DNA of 63,626 nucleotides, counting the filler, from an uncultured Methanosarcinales archaeon (lineage in GTDB: Archaea; Nanobdellota; Nanobdellia; Woesearchaeales; CAYNLP01), in assembly GCA_964398115.1 (NCBI GenBank). It is 4 parts of 4 records of this genome, joined end to end, with 100 filler letters (N's around TTAATTAATTAA, not from the genome) between each part and the next. Parts side by side here need not be neighbours in the genome. Positions count along the whole stretch, not along the records: positions 50,912 to 63,626 come from CAYNLP010000025.1; 3 more parts are not named here. One strand, 5' to 3'. A model generated the notes under the pieces. It ran no database searches. It was not told the origin of the DNA and saw only the letters and a program-made list of their open reading frames with translations. Made by a program: the position numbers and the translations under genes. Below are positions 58,653 through 63,626 of the stretch, one piece after another. Every line of letters begins with the position of its first letter. Position 1 is the first letter of the stretch.

Positions 58653-59705
58653 ATGAAAGAGTTTTTGATACAGGTTTTGAAGAAGGAAAGCGTTAGCGGT
58701 AACCAGGTGGAATTAAAGGAATGTATGAAGCTTTTTGCTAGACGGGCAAAAGAGAAGGGTCTTGAAGTTAAGTGGAATGAAGAACCTTTGTTTCTCGTGG
58801 TTGGGAGAGATGATTTGAAAAATCCGGATGTTGGTATATTGTGCCATTTGGATGTCGTCCCGCCTTACTTTCCTCCTAGGATAGAGGGTGACAGGATTTA
58901 CGGTAGAGGCGCGATTGATATGAAAGGCCCTACCGTGGCGTGTTTTGAAGGAATGTTGCAGAGTGATCATCCTAGTGTGGCTATGGCTTTCACGGCGGAT
59001 GAAGAAACTTCTGCTGAAGGCGCGATTTATCTTTCCACACGGTTTAGTCCAAAAAAAGTTTTGATAGTGCCTGATCAAAATCGTGATTTTAACATTACTA
59101 AAGAGGCGAAAGGATTAGTCTTTGCTACAGTTAATATTTCTGGAGAGGCGGGTCATGGAAGCACGCCTTGGGTTGGCGAGAATGCTTTGGAAAAAGCGTA
59201 TGATTTTTTTGAAGAGTTAAAAGTCAGGCTTAGAGTTGATAACGGTAAGGGTTGGAATAATACTTTGAACTTGGCTAAGGTCGGTACGGAGAACGAAGCT
59301 AATAATGTAATCCCTGATCACGCTTATCTACGTCTAGATTTCAGGTTTAAAGATGAAAATTTTGATTATTGGAAGGAGAAATTTATGGAAACGTCAGAGG
59401 ATTTTGGGGTTGAAATAACTGATATCGGTGGTGGTGATAGGATAAAAGTGGATATCACTGAGGATTTGGAAGTTTTCATGGATACGGTTCAGAAAGTGAC
59501 GGATGAAAAACCTGTTTTGAGGAAGAATAACAGCACGTGTGATGCTAGGTATTTCGCTAACAAAGTACCAACTTTGATAATTACGAAATGCGCGGGTGGT
59601 AAGAGTCACGCTCGAGATGAGTATGTGGATTTTTCAGCTTTGCAAGATATGAAAGATGTTACTCGTAGGTATTTGGAGAATTTAAGAGAGAAGAAATTGA
59701 TTTAA
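58653..59705 (+). CDS. M20 family metallopeptidase (DapE/ArgE-like)
   Basis: HLDVVP, GRGAIDMKG, DEE, GHGSTPW.GENA, NVIP, H..DE. Confidence 0.9.
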   Translation: MKEFLIQVLKKESVSGNQVELKECMKLFARRAKEKGLEVKWNEEPLFLVVGRDDLKNPDVGILCHLDVVPPYFPPRIEGDRIYGRGAIDMKGPTVACFEGMLQSDHPSVAMAFTADEETSAEGAIYLSTRFSPKKVLIVPDQNRDFNITKEAKGLVFATVNISGEAGHGSTPWVGENALEKAYDFFEELKVRLRVDNGKGWNNTLNLAKVGTENEANNVIPDHAYLRLDFRFKDENFDYWKEKFMETSEDFGVEITDIGGGDRIKVDITEDLEVFMDTVQKVTDEKPVLRKNNSTCDARYFANKVPTLIITKCAGGKSHARDEYVDFSALQDMKDVTRRYLENLREKKLI

Positions 59706-60058
59706 AAAATGGGTGGTTCTCTTATGGTGTCTGATAATCCTAGTCCTTCTGCGTAATTTTCTGGATTTTGAGTTTGTTCTTGAACGGTTAGGTATCCTTT
59801 TTCTAAATCATTCATTAGTTCGTGTACAGCTTCGGGTTTTTTGTATGTTTCATGAATTTCTTCTGGTGTTAGGTCTTCACTGATGTCTTGCAATCTATCT
59901 GCTACTGCTAGGTAGATTCCTCTTTTGTCTTCGTCGTCTGTGGTTTGTGCTTCCATCCTTGCAAGGTTTTCCTGCAAAGTTAAGTTGTTTTCTTTCTGGC
60001 TTTTTCTTGTTGCTTCATATCCAGTTTCATGGGTAACTATTCTTTCGATTAATCTCAT
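59702..60058 (-). CDS. Hypothetical protein
   Basis: 118-aa ORF, co-oriented with 60065-60718. Confidence 0.55.
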   Translation of the reverse strand: MRLIERIVTHETGYEATRKSQKENNLTLQENLARMEAQTTDDEDKRGIYLAVADRLQDISEDLTPEEIHETYKKPEAVHELMNDLEKGYLTVQEQTQNPENYAEGLGLSDTIREPPIF

Positions 60059-60064
60059 ATTTTT

Positions 60065-60718
60065 TTACTTTTCAATTCTTAATTCTCTTTCTAAGTCTGA
60101 TACTGCCTCTTCATTTACGGGTATTTTGAGTCTTCCTATTCTGCCGTCGCTTCTTAAGGCGTATGCATTTAGTATGTGTCCTACGTCGCTGAATTCTCTC
60201 ACGCTTGGTAAATTGCTTCTATATGCTTCGTGTTGTGGTGTTCTTAACTCGTTGCCTTGTATTGTTTCTTCGGAGTACCATCCTGCAAAGGCTTGTTTAA
60301 GTAAAGTGGGTGATCTCATGTTTGGTCCGGGCCCTACTCCTTTTATTTCTGGCATTCTTTCTAATTTTGGGCCGTATATGTCTTCTTCTGGATTTCTGAT
60401 TAATTCGTTCATGTCTGTGTCTGAGTCTAACCTTATTGGTAGTGTTTTGTAATCTTCGTGGTGGTTGAACATTACTACATGAGTTGCTAGAAGGTTTCCT
60501 AGTCTTCTTTCGTCTCTTGTAGGAAAGAATACTGTGTGGTAGAGGTAGTCTTTATCTATGTCTTCGGTTTCTCTTAAGGCGTGATTTAAAGCTGTGTTTA
60601 TTGGTTTGAGTTCTTGGTTTTCCCAGTATTCTGTTTTGCTAGCTTCTTCTCTTTCTTTTGCTTTTCTTTTTTCTTCTTCGGTTGGTTTTGGCCTTCCTAT
60701 GCCCGTAACGGTATCCAT
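60065..60718 (-). CDS. Hypothetical protein
   Basis: 217-aa ORF with an AGGTGA SD upstream. Confidence 0.65.
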   Translation of the reverse strand: MDTVTGIGRPKPTEEEKRKAKEREEASKTEYWENQELKPINTALNHALRETEDIDKDYLYHTVFFPTRDERRLGNLLATHVVMFNHHEDYKTLPIRLDSDTDMNELIRNPEEDIYGPKLERMPEIKGVGPGPNMRSPTLLKQAFAGWYSEETIQGNELRTPQHEAYRSNLPSVREFSDVGHILNAYALRSDGRIGRLKIPVNEEAVSDLERELRIEK

Positions 60719-60801
60719 TTATATCACCTGCCTATTTTTGTGGGAAGAAATTTGGTTATAAAAACTTTTTGGGTTTGTGTTTACTCTTTAATAGAAAAAT
60801 G

Positions 60802-61248
60802 TTAGAGTGGTACGAATTCTGTTTTGAGTTGTTTCATGCTCATCAATGTTTTTATGTTGGTTATTCCTTTTCTGGATATCACGTTTTTGGCGAATTGGTA
60901 GTATTCATCTTGGTCTTTGGCTCTTACTTTGGCTATGATTTCCCAGTCGCCGGTGCAGATGTCTACGCTTTCTACTTCTTTGTGTTTGGCTAAGCTTTTT
61001 CCGATTTTTTCGGGGTTGCCGTATTCGTCTGGTGCGAGGTTTATTAGGACGTAGGCGCAGAAGCCTTCACCTATTTCTTTGTAGTTGAATACTGCTTTGT
61101 ATGCTTTGATTGCTTTTTCTTCGAGTTTTTTTATGTTGTAGTGGATGGTGCTGCTTGGTTCGTTTAGTTTCTTGGCTATTTTTGAAATTTTTGGTGTGCA
61201 GTTGTCGTTTTTTAGGAGTTTTACGAGTTTTTTTCTTATATCTTTCAT
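60802..61248 (-). CDS. Lrp/AsnC family transcriptional regulator
   Basis: ISKIAKKLNEPSSTIHYNIKKLE, V.I.TGDWEII.KVR.KD, I..I.TL. Confidence 0.9.
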   Translation of the reverse strand: MKDIRKKLVKLLKNDNCTPKISKIAKKLNEPSSTIHYNIKKLEEKAIKAYKAVFNYKEIGEGFCAYVLINLAPDEYGNPEKIGKSLAKHKEVESVDICTGDWEIIAKVRAKDQDEYYQFAKNVISRKGITNIKTLMSMKQLKTEFVPL

Positions 61249-61351
61249 AACACTTTTTTGTATATTATTTAATTTTTTAAGTATTTTTTGTTTATTATTC
61301 ATATTTTTTCCAATTACTTATTTAAAGGTGTTGTTAGAATTTGGAAAAAGT

Positions 61352-61552
61352 ATGAAACAGAATAATGTTGATTTAAAGGATGAAGATGGCAGCTTCAAAG
61401 GACCTAGCAGGTTGGAGAAGGAATTATTCTACCAATCACTTCGAGACAACCCTGGTGCTCTTGAAGCTGCCTTGAGGTCAAGAGAGAGGTCAACGACAGG
61501 ATACAGTGAGTACCAGCAATCTGGTTATAATTCTCCAGCGTATGAGGGATGA
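61352..61552 (+). CDS. Small hypothetical protein
   Basis: 66 aa; ends 3 bp before the hydroxylase-like gene. Confidence 0.5.
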   Translation: MKQNNVDLKDEDGSFKGPSRLEKELFYQSLRDNPGALEAALRSRERSTTGYSEYQQSGYNSPAYEG

Positions 61553-61555
61553 AAG

Positions 61556-62257
61556 ATGAAGTTGAAGTTCAAATACGATTTCACTCAAGAAGAACACGAA
61601 ACGTGGTCTTTATTGTTCAATCAGCAGTTGAGGTTGCTTGAAGGGCGTGCTTGTAGCGAGTTTTGGAAAGGATTTGACCAAGTTGGTTTGCCGAGTCATC
61701 GGATTCCGACTTTGACTGAATTGAAGGAACGTTTGAGAAACTTGACGGATTGGGATTTGGTAGTTGCTGAGAATGAGTACTTGGATGAGTTTGAGTGGAG
61801 TCGGCACATGGGAAGTGGCACTTGGCCTATGACGGATTATATTAGGAATAGAGGAGATGTTGCTTGTGTTGACGCTCCGGACGTTTTCCATGACTTCTTT
61901 GGTCACTTGCCTCAGATAGTGGATGATACTTTGTTGGAATTTACTAAGAAGTTCAGCACTTTGTATGGTTTGGCTAGTAGTAGAGAAGAAATTTTAGGGG
62001 TTTCCAGGCTTTGGTGGCATACGATGGAGTTTGGCTTGATCGAGCGTGAAAGTGTTAAGGTTTTCGGCGCGGGTCATTTCAGTAGTAAAGAACAGTTGTT
62101 GATGAGTGATGATCCTAGGTATTGGCAGAGTTTTGATTTGGATAAGGTTTTGGAAACTCCTGGTGGCGAGTATAGCTTGGATAAGCCTTTCTTTGTCTTA
62201 GAAGATTGGAGTGAATTGGATGATGCGTTGTTTGAAATGAGGGAAAGGTTGGTTTAG
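61556..62257 (+). CDS. Pterin-dependent aromatic amino acid hydroxylase-like protein (PhhA-like)
   Basis: FT.EEHETW..L..QQ..L.GRAC.EF..G, IP.L.E...L..LT.W, YIR, PDVFHDFFGHLP, WHTMEFGLI, FGAG..SS. Confidence 0.85.
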   Translation: MKLKFKYDFTQEEHETWSLLFNQQLRLLEGRACSEFWKGFDQVGLPSHRIPTLTELKERLRNLTDWDLVVAENEYLDEFEWSRHMGSGTWPMTDYIRNRGDVACVDAPDVFHDFFGHLPQIVDDTLLEFTKKFSTLYGLASSREEILGVSRLWWHTMEFGLIERESVKVFGAGHFSSKEQLLMSDDPRYWQSFDLDKVLETPGGEYSLDKPFFVLEDWSELDDALFEMRERLV

Positions 62258-62652
62258 AAGTATTTTCTCTTTAACTTTTTGCCTTTTTTCTGTAGTTTTT
62301 CAGTTAGTGTTTTTTCTGGTGGCATGACTACTTTCGGTCCGTTGTATCTTACGTGTCCTTTTTTGGCCCGTTCTTTTGCTCTTTTTCTTTGTTGGAGATG
62401 CTCTCTTGTGTATTTTAGGCTTTGACTGGTGCCCCCGAATGTTGCTAAGCCACCGAGGAATGCTACTGTTCCTAGTATTTCTTCTAAGTCGTTTTCTTCG
62501 TTTAGGTTTTGTTCTTCCACCTTAGGTGATTGTATTACTTTGTTTTCTTCTGCTATTCTCCAGAGGGATCCTAGTGTAATTCCCCCGGCCAGTAGTGCTC
62601 CTGTGGCCCAAGCTTTGGCTCTTTCTTTTTTGCTCATGTTTCGGTAGTTCAT
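62254..62652 (-). CDS. Hypothetical membrane protein
   Basis: Two hydrophobic segments, basic tail. Confidence 0.55.
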   Translation of the reverse strand: MNYRNMSKKERAKAWATGALLAGGITLGSLWRIAEENKVIQSPKVEEQNLNEENDLEEILGTVAFLGGLATFGGTSQSLKYTREHLQQRKRAKERAKKGHVRYNGPKVVMPPEKTLTEKLQKKGKKLKRKYF

Positions 62653-62782
62653 TTTTTCTTCTCTAGAGATGAGGGTTTTGTTTATAAATGTTTGCAATTT
62701 TATTTGATTTTTTATCACTATATAGTGGTTATTAATTATTTTCAGTGTTGAAAGGAAATAATTTTAAATTTTTGAGAAATGA

Positions 62783-63079
62783 CTATCTTCCAGTATATTT
62801 ATTGAGGAATCTTTTGAGGCTCGCATCATTACTAGCTTTAATTTCTAGAGGATACCCTTCTAGTTCTGGATCTCTGGCTCTGTCGCTCGCTGCTGCAATC
62901 GCATCTCTTATAATTCTTTCTTCTTTTTTGTCTTCCGGCCATTCGTATAAGCTTAATTCATTAGCTAAGTGTCTGATTTTTCTCAAATTGGGCCTTCCGC
63001 CCATCACCATTTTTTGTATTGTTTCAGTTAGTTCTTGAAATTCCTCTGTTTCCGTCATTACAGTTTTGTCAATTGACAT
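62783..63079 (-). CDS. Hypothetical protein
   Basis: 98-aa ORF. Confidence 0.5.
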   Translation of the reverse strand: MSIDKTVMTETEEFQELTETIQKMVMGGRPNLRKIRHLANELSLYEWPEDKKEERIIRDAIAAASDRARDPELEGYPLEIKASNDASLKRFLNKYTGR

Positions 63080-63125
63080 TTCCCTAGAGATTGATTTTTA
63101 TTAGCTTAATAAATTGAACTATTAT

Positions 63126-63626
63126 TTAATTGTATGGTCCTAAACGGCCGTGTTCTGAACCTTTGTTCGGCCACCTTCTTGGATTTGTTCTTCTCTTGTG
63201 GTTTCTTTCTTCTTCCTGCTTTTTGTAGCCTTCCATTATCTTTTCTATCCTGCTTTCAGGGTTTTCTCCAAGAATTAGTTCTCTTAAACCATTTTCATCG
63301 GTAAACCTTGGTGTTGGATCGGTAGCTACCCAGATGTTTCCTTCTTTTTTAACGTGGTAACCTTCCACACTCGTTCCTTTAACTGGTCTGTCTTGATAGA
63401 TGTTTATGTTTCCGTTGAAAAACACTTGTTCTTCAGGATCTTCTCGAAATCCTTCTACTTCAAAGTTGTGTCTGGAAATAGTGGCTAAATATTTTTCAGA
63501 AGTTGCGATTACTCTAAAATCTGCTACTGTCTCATCTATTGTTTCAAGTCTGAGGTGTTCTTCAAGATTTGTGAATCCTGGAATCGCTCCAAAAACTCCT
63601 GGGTTTGGACTTTGAATGCTGTCGTC
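63126..63626 (-). CDS. Hypothetical protein (5'-partial)
   Basis: Frame stays open to the window end. Confidence 0.55.
   Translation of the reverse strand, partial: DDSIQSPNPGVFGAIPGFTNLEEHLRLETIDETVADFRVIATSEKYLATISRHNFEVEGFREDPEEQVFFNGNINIYQDRPVKGTSVEGYHVKKEGNIWVATDPTPRFTDENGLRELILGENPESRIEKIMEGYKKQEEERNHKRRTNPRRWPNKGSEHGRLGPYN

Overview
Four unlinked contig pieces joined by 100-bp N spacers that carry a TTAATTAATTAA linker (17408-17507, 34643-34742, 50812-50911). The sequence is low-GC and gene-dense, from an archaeon with an acidic, halophile-like proteome. A DPANN/Woesearchaeota-like assignment is inferred from the archaeal pfdA-ftsY pair, Lhr, scpA, pyrH, BHB-intron tRNAs and a tRNA-Ile with anticodon UAU. 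The standout is an operon of at least 10 genes at 27555-34642 (minus strand, truncated at the contig end) that looks like a carrier-protein-dependent biosynthetic pathway. It encodes an Sfp-type PPTase, a FabH-like Cys-His-His condensing enzyme, a thioester-reductase SDR, two carrier proteins, a seryl-tRNA-synthetase-like amino acid:[carrier protein] ligase, a methyltransferase, two ferritin-like diiron enzymes and an acyl-CoA dehydrogenase. It is followed by a DUF4258/DUF2283 pair bracketed by 38-bp direct repeats. Other notable items: two tRNAs with introns at position 22/23 (tRNA-Ile(UAU) has two introns); a divergent phenylalanine-hydroxylase-like gene next to an Lrp regulator; several quinone- or O2-linked enzymes; a frameshifted S66 peptidase; a cryptic pseudogene; a recurring intergenic palindrome; and a high-GC foreign fragment at a contig start. 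All family calls come from motif recognition only; no database searches were run.
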